Part shown: one piece after another, positions 25,547 to 32,693 of the stretch
Layout of the letters: each line of letters starts with the position of its first letter
Numbering within the stretch: position 1 is the first letter of the stretch
From: Candidatus Omnitrophota bacterium
GTDB lineage: Bacteria; Omnitrophota; Gorgyraeia; Zapsychrales; Zapsychraceae
Length of the DNA: 64,000 nt
Direction: 5' to 3'
Assembly (NCBI GenBank): GCA_015233405.1
Contig: JADFXT010000011.1
Location: 490 to 64,489 of the forward strand
Translations under genes and position numbers: made by a program
The notes under the pieces: model-generated
The model's input: the letters and a program-made list of their open reading frames with translations, nothing else
Databases searched by the model: none
What the model was told of the DNA's origin: nothing

Positions 25547-25572
25547 CCGATATGTAAAACATGGTTTACAAT
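25539..25572. promoter_or_regulatory. BirA operator (bioO-like inverted repeat)
   Basis: ATTGTCAACC-N14-GGTTTACAAT, with 9/10 complementary arms. It resembles the E. coli bioO half-sites TTGTAAACC/GGTTTACAA and overlaps the -35 box of the birA promoter. Confidence 0.65.
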
Positions 25573-25608
25573 GAAATCCTAGGGAAGGATTAACGATAAA
25601 ATGGGGAA

Positions 25609-25637
25609 TTGACAACAAGAAAAGTCGATGTTATATT
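25609..25637 (+). promoter_or_regulatory. candidate sigma70 promoter driving the repeat array and the tRNA-Ala/tRNA-Leu genes
   Basis: TTGACA-17 nt-TATATT on the plus strand. No other plus-strand gene lies downstream before the tRNAs. Confidence 0.55.
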
Positions 25638-25655
25638 GAGGGACATTTAATTTGG

Positions 25656-26110
25656 AATTTGGGGCACGCGCCCTATTTTTGTTCTGTGAAAAAAACTTAG
25701 AGATGATCTTTTTGGGGCTGCCCCGACTAAATGCGTCGGGACAACTTCCCATATTCTTTAAAATATTATAGATTTTTTGGGGGCTGTCCCAACTAAAACC
25801 GTCGAGACTGCTTCCCATGTTCTTTAAAATATTATAGATTTTTGGGGGGGCTGTCCCGACTAAATTCGTCGGGACTGCTTCCCATGTTCTTTAAAATATT
25901 ATAGATTTTTTGGGGGCGGCCCCGACTAAAACCGTCGAGACTGCTTCCCATGTTCTTTAAAATATTATAGATTTTTTGGGGGCTGTCCCGACTAAAACCG
26001 TCGAGACTGCTTCCCATGTTCTTTAAAATATTAAAGATTTTTTGGGGGCTGTCCCAACAAAAAACGTTGGGACATGCTCCCAGTTTTCTTCTGAAAAACA
26101 TTTAGTTGTA
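25656..26110 (+). repeat. tandem array of ~7 units (65-66 bp) resembling internally deleted tRNA-Ala genes (minihelix-like)
   Basis: Units: U1 25709-25773, U2 25774-25839, U3 25840-25905, U4 25906-25971, U5 25972-26037, U6 26038-~26110, plus degenerate U0 ~25656-25708. Consensus: TTTTTGGGGGCTGTCCCGACTAAAACCGTCGAGACTGCTTCCCATGTTCTTTAAAATATTATAGAT. Confidence 0.85.
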
Positions 26111-26115
26111 AAACT

Positions 26116-26188
26116 GGGGCTGTAGCTCAGCTGGGAGAGCGCCTGAATGGCATTCAGGAGGCCAGGGGTTCGATCCCCCTCAGCTCCA
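26116..26188 (+). tRNA. tRNA-Ala (anticodon GGC)
   Basis: Folded by hand. Acceptor stem GGGGCTG/CAGCTCC with G3:U70; D stem GCTC/GAGC; anticodon stem CCTGA/TCAGG with loop ATGGCAT; T arm AGGGG-TTCGATC-CCCCT. CCA is not encoded. Confidence 0.9.
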
Positions 26189-26241
26189 TTGAATATTTTC
26201 TAGATTATCCTGTTTCCTTTTTAAATCACAGAAGAACAGGG

Positions 26242-26259
26242 TCAGCTCCACCATTGAAT
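26242..26259 (+). repeat. duplicate of the tRNA-Ala 3' end plus trailer (TCAGCTCCA-CCA-TTGAAT)
   Basis: It matches 26180-26194 (TCAGCTCCA|TTGAAT) with an extra CCA, and is preceded by the hairpin CCTGTT...AACAGG (26209-26240). Confidence 0.6.
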
Positions 26260-26298
26260 TTAAAAAATCCATTCGTTCTTTTTATTAAAATCTATCTT

Positions 26299-26381
26299 GC
26301 TGGAGTGGCGGAATGGCATACGCGCCGGTCTCAAAAACCGGTGTCCTCACGGGCGTAAGGGTTCGACTCCCTTCTCCAGCA
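26299..26381 (+). tRNA. tRNA-Leu (anticodon CAA)
   Basis: 83 nt. Acceptor stem GCTGGAG/CTCCAGC; anticodon stem CCGGT/ACCGG with loop CTCAAAA; 15-nt variable arm; T arm AAGGG-TTCGACT-CCCTT. Confidence 0.9.
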
Positions 26382-26420
26382 TAATTTTTTCCAGAAATGT
26401 CCCGCGTTTTCTAAGCGGGG

Positions 26421-26435
26421 CTCCAGCACTTAATT
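26421..26435 (+). repeat. duplicate of the tRNA-Leu 3' end plus trailer (CTCCAGCA-CT-TAATT)
   Basis: It matches 26374-26386 (CTCCAGCA|TAATT), and is preceded by the hairpin CCCGC-gttttctaa-GCGGG (26401-26419). Confidence 0.5.
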
Positions 26436-26570
26436 GACAAGTTCCTCGTCGATAAACAATCCTCCTCACCCGCTTTTGGCACATTCTTGGCACACAATAT
26501 CATAAAAATTCGTTTTCCAGCTCCCACTTTTTATGGCAGCTGAAAGCAGTGGTCGGTTATACATCCTGAT

Positions 26571-28433
26571 TTATTTTATATTCCCGGAAAAAAACTGCTG
26601 AAAATTGCGCAAAACTTTTGAAGGGGCGGTCTCGACCGGCGTTAAAAACAGGCCGCGCTTACGGAAGAACAACCCTAAGGAAGGATAACTACAGAACATG
26701 GATATCGGTACGGCAAAAAGAAGCGGGATCACAATAACGGAGACCCACCAAAACAAAGTTTTATTGACGGCAAAAGCAATTATTCCCCAAACCAAGGCCC
26801 CCATCATCCCCGGCCAATAAGCCTTAAACGCCTCGGCAAACGACGTCTTGTGTGACCGTCGGGACTGACTTTTCCAGACCAATTTTTGGCCGACCAGATT
26901 TAAGACCACATACCACATGTGGAATATCATCCTTAGCGGCGCCAAGATCGTCGAGAATATCGTCTCAAGAAGAACGCTTAACGATAACCGCATCACTCCG
27001 CCGAATCGCTGTACCTTTTTTGGAGACACGGCGATAAGAATAACACTTAAAATTTTAGGGATAAAAAGGAACAAAGCCGTGACCACCAAAAGATGAATGG
27101 ATAATTCACGATATTGGACCGGCCAATGAGGAAAGAGCGTACGCTCCGCCGAGAAATATACCGTCGTATGAAAAAAGTTCGCGATGGCATGCGCTGTCAT
27201 CAACGCCAGAAGCAGGAACCACATAAACGACGAGAAATAAAAAAGGTTGCCGTTTAAAAAAAGCAACCGATGCCCGAAGGTAAACCCCTTCATGAACATA
27301 AGCCGTAAGTGCTGGATGTTCCCCTGACACCAGCGTCGGTCGCGCTCAAGCTCCTCTAAAAGATTCGGCGGCAACTCTTCATAACTTCCTTCCAGTTCAT
27401 AGGCGAGCCACACGCCCCATCCGGCGCGGCGCATCAAGGCCGCCTCGACGAAATCATGACTAAGGATTTCTCCGCCGAACGGAGGCCCGCCGGGAAGTTT
27501 CGGCAGGGCGCAATATTTCATGAACGGCTCCATGCGGATAATCGCGTTATGCCCCCAGAAAGCGGATTCATCCAGCTGCCAAAACCTTAACCCTGAAAAA
27601 AACAGTGGCCCATACACATGGCTTGCGAACTGCTGCAATCGTGAAACCAAACTTGTCTGGTTCATGGCCGCCGGTGCTGTCTGCAAGATTCCGATATCGT
27701 CTCGGCTTTCCATCATGTTGGCCATTTTGACCAACAGCTCGCCCTCCATCAGGCTGTCGGCATCAAAAATAATCATATATTTATACTGGCTTCCCCATCG
27801 CCGACAAAAGTCGCTAACATTCCCGCTTTTCTTATGAATACGTAGTTTGCGCCGACGATAAAAGACCCGGCCGAACCCGTCGACATCCCTGCACAATTCT
27901 GACCAGGCTGTCTCCTCCATCAGGACATATGCGTTCTCAACCGAATCGCTTAAAATAAAAATATCGAACCGATCCAGTTGTCCCGTTTCTTTGAGTGACT
28001 CGTATGTCGCCCGTAACGATGAATAAATTCGCGCCATTTCCTCGTTATAAACGGGCATGATAAGTGCGATACGGGTTTTGGGGTCAATCGGCTTAGGCTG
28101 CTCGGGAAGCGGCAGGGCATCGTCTTTTCCTCGAAGCGCTACCCAAAATCCGAAAATAACCGTCCAGAAATTAAAAGAGATCCAGCCGAACAAAAAAAGA
28201 TAAGTTCCGATAATGACCCAAGTTAACGGCGTGAACCCTTGCGCACCCATAATGGTGGTGAATTTAGAGCCGGCGATAAAAATAGAAACAGCGACGAGGA
28301 TAAAAAAAATGGTACGACGAACTGCTAGGACCCTATCTTGCCGCTTATTACTGCGAGGCAATGCCACAGCGGTGAACGGCCGATAGGCCATGGGAGTTCG
28401 ACATAAGGAAGGTTGTAGACGAGCGCGTATCAT
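26571..28433 (-). CDS. opgH: osmoregulated periplasmic glucan glucosyltransferase H (GT2, membrane)
   Basis: 620 aa, GT2 core with ILSDS, FDADS and QGNIQH(R)W-like (RWCQGNIQHLR) motifs flanked by TM segments. The ATG overlaps the opgG stop as ATGA. Confidence 0.85.
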   Translation of the reverse strand: MIRARLQPSLCRTPMAYRPFTAVALPRSNKRQDRVLAVRRTIFFILVAVSIFIAGSKFTTIMGAQGFTPLTWVIIGTYLFLFGWISFNFWTVIFGFWVALRGKDDALPLPEQPKPIDPKTRIALIMPVYNEEMARIYSSLRATYESLKETGQLDRFDIFILSDSVENAYVLMEETAWSELCRDVDGFGRVFYRRRKLRIHKKSGNVSDFCRRWGSQYKYMIIFDADSLMEGELLVKMANMMESRDDIGILQTAPAAMNQTSLVSRLQQFASHVYGPLFFSGLRFWQLDESAFWGHNAIIRMEPFMKYCALPKLPGGPPFGGEILSHDFVEAALMRRAGWGVWLAYELEGSYEELPPNLLEELERDRRWCQGNIQHLRLMFMKGFTFGHRLLFLNGNLFYFSSFMWFLLLALMTAHAIANFFHTTVYFSAERTLFPHWPVQYRELSIHLLVVTALFLFIPKILSVILIAVSPKKVQRFGGVMRLSLSVLLETIFSTILAPLRMIFHMWYVVLNLVGQKLVWKSQSRRSHKTSFAEAFKAYWPGMMGALVWGIIAFAVNKTLFWWVSVIVIPLLFAVPISMFCSYPSLGLFFRKRGLFLTPVETAPSKVLRNFQQFFSGNIK

Positions 28434-30040
28434 GGAAGATAAGTGTAGCTCCAGGTCTCGGTCACGGGGAGGTCCTTACTCTTGAGAAAAGCGCGCATTT
28501 CAATGGACGGTTTCTGAGTAGGCAAAAGCCCTTCAATGAGCCCGGGATTATCTAACTGGATATGAATCACCAACCGCCACCCGCCGGTGGCGGTGTTTTT
28601 GATAAGCTGAGAGCTAGTAATCCTCGCGCCTTGGCTCACCCAAACATCCGGATCAATCGTCCTATTTGCGAGGACAGTCTTAAATTCATCCCCCAGAAAA
28701 TCAATAAGAAACATGGCCCCGTCGGACTTTTTAACTATTCTTGTCGATTCTACAAAACCTTGCGAGGACCGCGGCTTCTGGGCAGCGTGCCAGGAAAGAG
28801 TGTAGGCAAATTGCAGCGTGTCCCCATGCTCCAGCGCCCGTTCCGGGACCCAGTAAGCCCCGATATTGTCATTATACTCAGTTTCCGTCGGAAGCTGTAT
28901 CAATTCAAGATGTCCCTTGCCCCAATCGCCCTTGGGAGTGACCCACACACTCGGGCGCTTTTCATACCGGGCCTCGAGGTCCTGGTAATGGTCGAATTTG
29001 ATATCGCGCTGGATGAGCCCAAAACCCATCGGCATCCCAGCAAAGGCATTGATCAAAAGTTTCTGAGGATTGACCAACGGATGCCAAAGCCATTCTCCTG
29101 ATTGGGTGCGCAACAAAAGCCCGTCGGAGTCATGCACCTCAGGACGAAAATCGCTGCTCCCTTTAAAACCGGTATTTTCACCGTAACAAAACATAGAGGT
29201 CAAGGGCGCAAGTCCAAGCTTCTCAATATGTCCACGGACATAAAGCACGCTACTGACCTTCATCAACGTCTCTTCGCCGGGAGTCACTATAAATTCATAC
29301 GCTCCGGTCACACTCTCACTATCAAGAAGCGCATAGAACGTAATTGACTTTGCCCCGGACGAAGGATGCACAAGCCAAAATTCGCGGAACAAAGGAAATT
29401 CCTCCCCCGTGTCCTCGGCGGTGTTGATGGCCAGGCCCCGCGCCGACATCCCATAGGCCAAGCCGCGACCCAGGGCCCTAAAATAACTGGCGCCTAAGAA
29501 TGCCACGAGCTCGTCGGCATATTGAGGAGTGTTCAAAGGATAATGGATACGAAAACCGGCAAAACCGTAATCACCCAAGAGCGCCCCTTTAAGGTCCGTG
29601 CCGGCATATTGAAAAAAATTAGGAGAGAAGGAAACTAAATGTGTACCGGCCTGATCGACATAATGGACGGTCACGGGATGCTGATACAAGAAGCCCGGAT
29701 GAAAAAACTGGACGCTAAAAGGTTCATTGAACCAAAGGCTGTTGGCTGGCTTAAAATGGATGTCCCGCCACTGGTCATAACCCATCTTTTTAAGAACATC
29801 GGGCAGGTCCTGTCCAGGCGGCTGAAAAGACCCTTCCGCCAAAGCCTTGGCTTTAGCGACCACATCCTGAAAACGCACATAGGGATCCGCTTTATTCTTT
29901 CCAGAAGCTATGGCAAACGATGGAGCCATCAAAAACAGAAAGAGAAACAATCCAAAAATAACCAACCATGAACGGAAAACCGTTCTTTGAAAAAGGACAT
30001 CTTCGTTATTCATAAAAGGAAAAATAGTACGCTTCTCCAT
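28430..30040 (-). CDS. opgG: periplasmic glucan biosynthesis protein OpgG/OpgD family
   Basis: MdoG-like sequence throughout (FHPGFLYQHPV, FREFWL...) with an N-terminal signal-like segment LVIFGLFLFLFLMAPSFAIA. The start is uncertain (30040, 30013 or 30097). Confidence 0.8.
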   Translation of the reverse strand: MEKRTIFPFMNNEDVLFQRTVFRSWLVIFGLFLFLFLMAPSFAIASGKNKADPYVRFQDVVAKAKALAEGSFQPPGQDLPDVLKKMGYDQWRDIHFKPANSLWFNEPFSVQFFHPGFLYQHPVTVHYVDQAGTHLVSFSPNFFQYAGTDLKGALLGDYGFAGFRIHYPLNTPQYADELVAFLGASYFRALGRGLAYGMSARGLAINTAEDTGEEFPLFREFWLVHPSSGAKSITFYALLDSESVTGAYEFIVTPGEETLMKVSSVLYVRGHIEKLGLAPLTSMFCYGENTGFKGSSDFRPEVHDSDGLLLRTQSGEWLWHPLVNPQKLLINAFAGMPMGFGLIQRDIKFDHYQDLEARYEKRPSVWVTPKGDWGKGHLELIQLPTETEYNDNIGAYWVPERALEHGDTLQFAYTLSWHAAQKPRSSQGFVESTRIVKKSDGAMFLIDFLGDEFKTVLANRTIDPDVWVSQGARITSSQLIKNTATGGWRLVIHIQLDNPGLIEGLLPTQKPSIEMRAFLKSKDLPVTETWSYTYLP

Positions 30041-30197
30041 AAGGATACTGTTAAAAAGATTAAGATAATATATACTACAAAAACAACCGAAATACACTGT
30101 TTTTCTGAAGAAACCTCAATAACATGGAGCCCCTTGTGCCAAAGCAGATAAAATATTTTAATTCCCAAGCACTTCTTTTTATGGTAATTTAAAACAT

Positions 30198-30767
30198 ATG
30201 AAAAAATATCTCTTTCTAGCAGTTGCCATCTTACTCTATACATCTCTCAGCACGTTCTCTCTTGCAGATGCCACCAAAACTTTTGTCTTAAAAGACGGAA
30301 CCGTCGTCAAAGGCGAAGTCATTGATTTCGTCAATAAAATCTATTTCGTTAAAACAGCCAATTTAGGTGAAATTCGGGTCAATGATGCAGATATTGTCAG
30401 CATGGTTGCCGGCGATGCCACAACCGCTTCGAACCCTCAAAACACTCAAGCACCTCAAGGCCAAGCGACAACATCGCCTGCTATGCAGCAACCAGCTGGA
30501 ATGACGCCTGAAAATCTTCAAACCAAGACCCAACAAGTCCAGGCCATGATTATGTCTGACCCGACGGCTATTCAGGAAATGCAAGCCCTGGCTCAAGATC
30601 CGGACGTCATGTCCATTCTTTCTGATAAAGACGCCATGAAAGATATTACAAGTTATAATCAGGAGAAAATTCAGACAAATCCCAAGATCAAAATGCTTTT
30701 GAATAACCCGAACGTCCAGAAACTCATCCAAAGAGTCGGGCAAAGAATGGCCCCGCCACAGCAATAA
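30198..30767 (+). CDS. secreted protein with Q/P-rich linker and STI1/Hop DP-like C-terminal repeats
   Basis: Signal peptide MKKYLFLAVAILLYTSLSTFSLA. The C-terminus reads IMSDPTAIQEMQALAQDPDVMSIL...NPKIKMLLNNPNVQKLIQRVG. Confidence 0.6.
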   Translation: MKKYLFLAVAILLYTSLSTFSLADATKTFVLKDGTVVKGEVIDFVNKIYFVKTANLGEIRVNDADIVSMVAGDATTASNPQNTQAPQGQATTSPAMQQPAGMTPENLQTKTQQVQAMIMSDPTAIQEMQALAQDPDVMSILSDKDAMKDITSYNQEKIQTNPKIKMLLNNPNVQKLIQRVGQRMAPPQQ

Positions 30768-30820
30768 AACCTCCGCGGCTCAAATTCTAAAACACTTACA
30801 CCAAAGAATCCAAAATTAAT

Positions 30821-32689
30821 TTAATAGGGAAATTTTATCCGCCACCAGTAAGAAATGTTCGGGATCGTCGGACGAAGAATAGAATTGACGTACGAGGGTT
30901 CAGCTGCGGCAGCCTCGATCTGCGACTGGTTTATCGATAAAAAGACACGCGCTTTATTCAAAACAAAAAGATCGGAAACAATCTCCCCATATTGAGGATC
31001 AGACGCTTGCTTTTCTTTCTTTAAAAAAATAAATTGATGTTCCTGATCCGTCATAAAACTCGATAATAAATGCTGAGCGATGGCCTCTTGGCCGTTCACT
31101 TCTTCTCGATGGATTCCAAACCCGTCGGCCCGTTCTTTTACAACAAGCTGATTCGAATCCCCAATAGCCTTACGCATCAACGCCAAGGCTTCGGGATTAT
31201 CTTGTTCCAATCGCGAAGTAAAAAAATGGATCGTCTGAAATCCTGCGGCTTTAAGTGTATGAAAATACATCTGCGCATCACTCTTGAGAAAATCTTTCTC
31301 GTCGGATAATGCCTTAAGCGATGCCGCGTCTAAGACCGCATATCCATCGTCCTTAAGACTTTTAAAAGCAAAAGAATAAAATTCCCGGCTGTATAATTTG
31401 CTTAAGTTATAATCAAACGGCGCCGGAAAATCCATATAAATAGCGTCGAACTTCTTTTGGTTATTCCTTAAAAAAGGATACGCGTCCGCGATAATGACCT
31501 TCACCCTGGAGTCTGCCATAACATTATTATTAAGCCATCGTAACAAAGGATGCACCCGGGCGAGCTCAACGATTGTCCGGTCGATATCCACCTGTGTAAT
31601 GGTCTTAATCCCCGGATATTTAACGAGTTCTCTCATAAGCATGCCGTCGCCAGCGCCGAGAACTAAGACATCCTGCGGAACTTTTCCATTTAAGGCCACC
31701 GGTACATGCGCGAAATATTCATGGTAGACTTCTTCAAAATCCGACCACAGCTGAAAAAATCCATCCAGGAATAAGATATATCCCGTCGGAGCATCAGGAT
31801 AAACATGGTATTTATTACTATAAACCCGAAGGATCTCCCAATAGGGTGATGCTATGGGCGGGACTTGAACAATATCAATCTTTTGATAGGGTGAGGCATA
31901 ACGCTCAATCGTCGGATATTTGTCCATGGGATCAAACAAAGACACAAAACTCTCCGACGTTTCCTTGTAGTAATAATATTTCTTCAGGAAAAACTGCTCA
32001 ATATTGCCGGCGTTTAAAAAGGCGATACTAAAAACAACCACTAATAACCCGCTCAACGCCTGCTCCATGAGGCCAACTTTTTTCTCAATACGCATAAACA
32101 AAATAAACAATGCGACCAGAAGATTGATAAACCCGACGGCAAGACCGATCTGGATAAGTTCAAAATGCGGCAATAAGACGAGTGGGAACAGGACGCCGCC
32201 TAAAAGGGAACCAAAATAATCAAAAGCCAAAATGCGATTAATGACCTGTGTCGTTCTCAGTTCTTGTCCGAGCCGCAATAATAACGGCACTTCCAAACCC
32301 GTCAAAAAACCAATCATGATGATCGTCAGCATGACCAATCCTAAAAACAGGATTGTCCCACCTAAGAAGAAAAATCTGATTTCACAAAACCCGGCGAGCA
32401 TATGGGCAAAATACACAATAAAAACCGACAAGCTGCCGATAATCGCCAACGCCATTTCCACCCGGAATAATAATTCCCACGTCCCTTGCCCTTTAAAATG
32501 CCGGTGAAAATAAAGCGCGCCTAAGCCCATAGAAATAAGATACAATCCGATAGTCAGGCTGTAGAAAACCACCATATTCGTCGCCAAAGACACAACGGCC
32601 TGCGCGATCAAAAGCTCATAGAGAATACTACAAGCCGACAATATGATCGTCATAACATAGATAGAACCTATTTTGTGCTGTTGCGGCAT
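30821..32689 (-). CDS. membrane-bound spermidine-synthase-like aminopropyltransferase (N-terminal polytopic domain + SpeE-like domain)
   Basis: 622 aa. About 7 TM segments are followed by VLVLGAGDGMLMRELVKYPGIKTITQVDID (SAM/dcSAM fold), with a ~150-aa C-terminal extension. Confidence 0.7.
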   Translation of the reverse strand: MPQQHKIGSIYVMTIILSACSILYELLIAQAVVSLATNMVVFYSLTIGLYLISMGLGALYFHRHFKGQGTWELLFRVEMALAIIGSLSVFIVYFAHMLAGFCEIRFFFLGGTILFLGLVMLTIIMIGFLTGLEVPLLLRLGQELRTTQVINRILAFDYFGSLLGGVLFPLVLLPHFELIQIGLAVGFINLLVALFILFMRIEKKVGLMEQALSGLLVVVFSIAFLNAGNIEQFFLKKYYYYKETSESFVSLFDPMDKYPTIERYASPYQKIDIVQVPPIASPYWEILRVYSNKYHVYPDAPTGYILFLDGFFQLWSDFEEVYHEYFAHVPVALNGKVPQDVLVLGAGDGMLMRELVKYPGIKTITQVDIDRTIVELARVHPLLRWLNNNVMADSRVKVIIADAYPFLRNNQKKFDAIYMDFPAPFDYNLSKLYSREFYSFAFKSLKDDGYAVLDAASLKALSDEKDFLKSDAQMYFHTLKAAGFQTIHFFTSRLEQDNPEALALMRKAIGDSNQLVVKERADGFGIHREEVNGQEAIAQHLLSSFMTDQEHQFIFLKKEKQASDPQYGEIVSDLFVLNKARVFLSINQSQIEAAAAEPSYVNSILRPTIPNISYWWRIKFPY

Positions 32690-32693
32690 CCGA

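Noticed and set aside
25579-26101. Track ORFs 25579-25818 and 25832-26101 (minus strand) encoding a 22-aa tandem peptide repeat (SPQKIYNILKNMGSSLDGFSRD)
   Set aside because: The repeating peptide is a by-product of the 66 = 3x22 bp DNA period. There is no SD before either ATG. The frame is broken by G-run length variation and by the 65-bp unit. The ORFs run antisense to the predicted tRNA operon transcript.
25656-26110. CRISPR array
   Set aside because: The entire 65-66-bp unit repeats with no unique spacers between conserved repeats. No cas genes are present in the window. The units are homologous to the neighbouring tRNA-Ala ends and trailer.
26382-26570. Hidden ncRNA gene (SRP RNA, 6S, tmRNA, RNase P) in the 190-nt gap after tRNA-Leu
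   Set aside because: I found no conserved core sequences of those RNAs. The region holds only the partial tRNA-Leu 3' duplicate, the sigma54-like motif and one imperfect hairpin.
25516-28433. Genomic island or integrated mobile element at the tRNA locus
   Set aside because: The flanking genes are housekeeping (birA on one side, opgH/opgG on the other). No integrase, transposase or phage gene is present, and the duplicated tRNA ends are only ~50 nt from the tRNAs.
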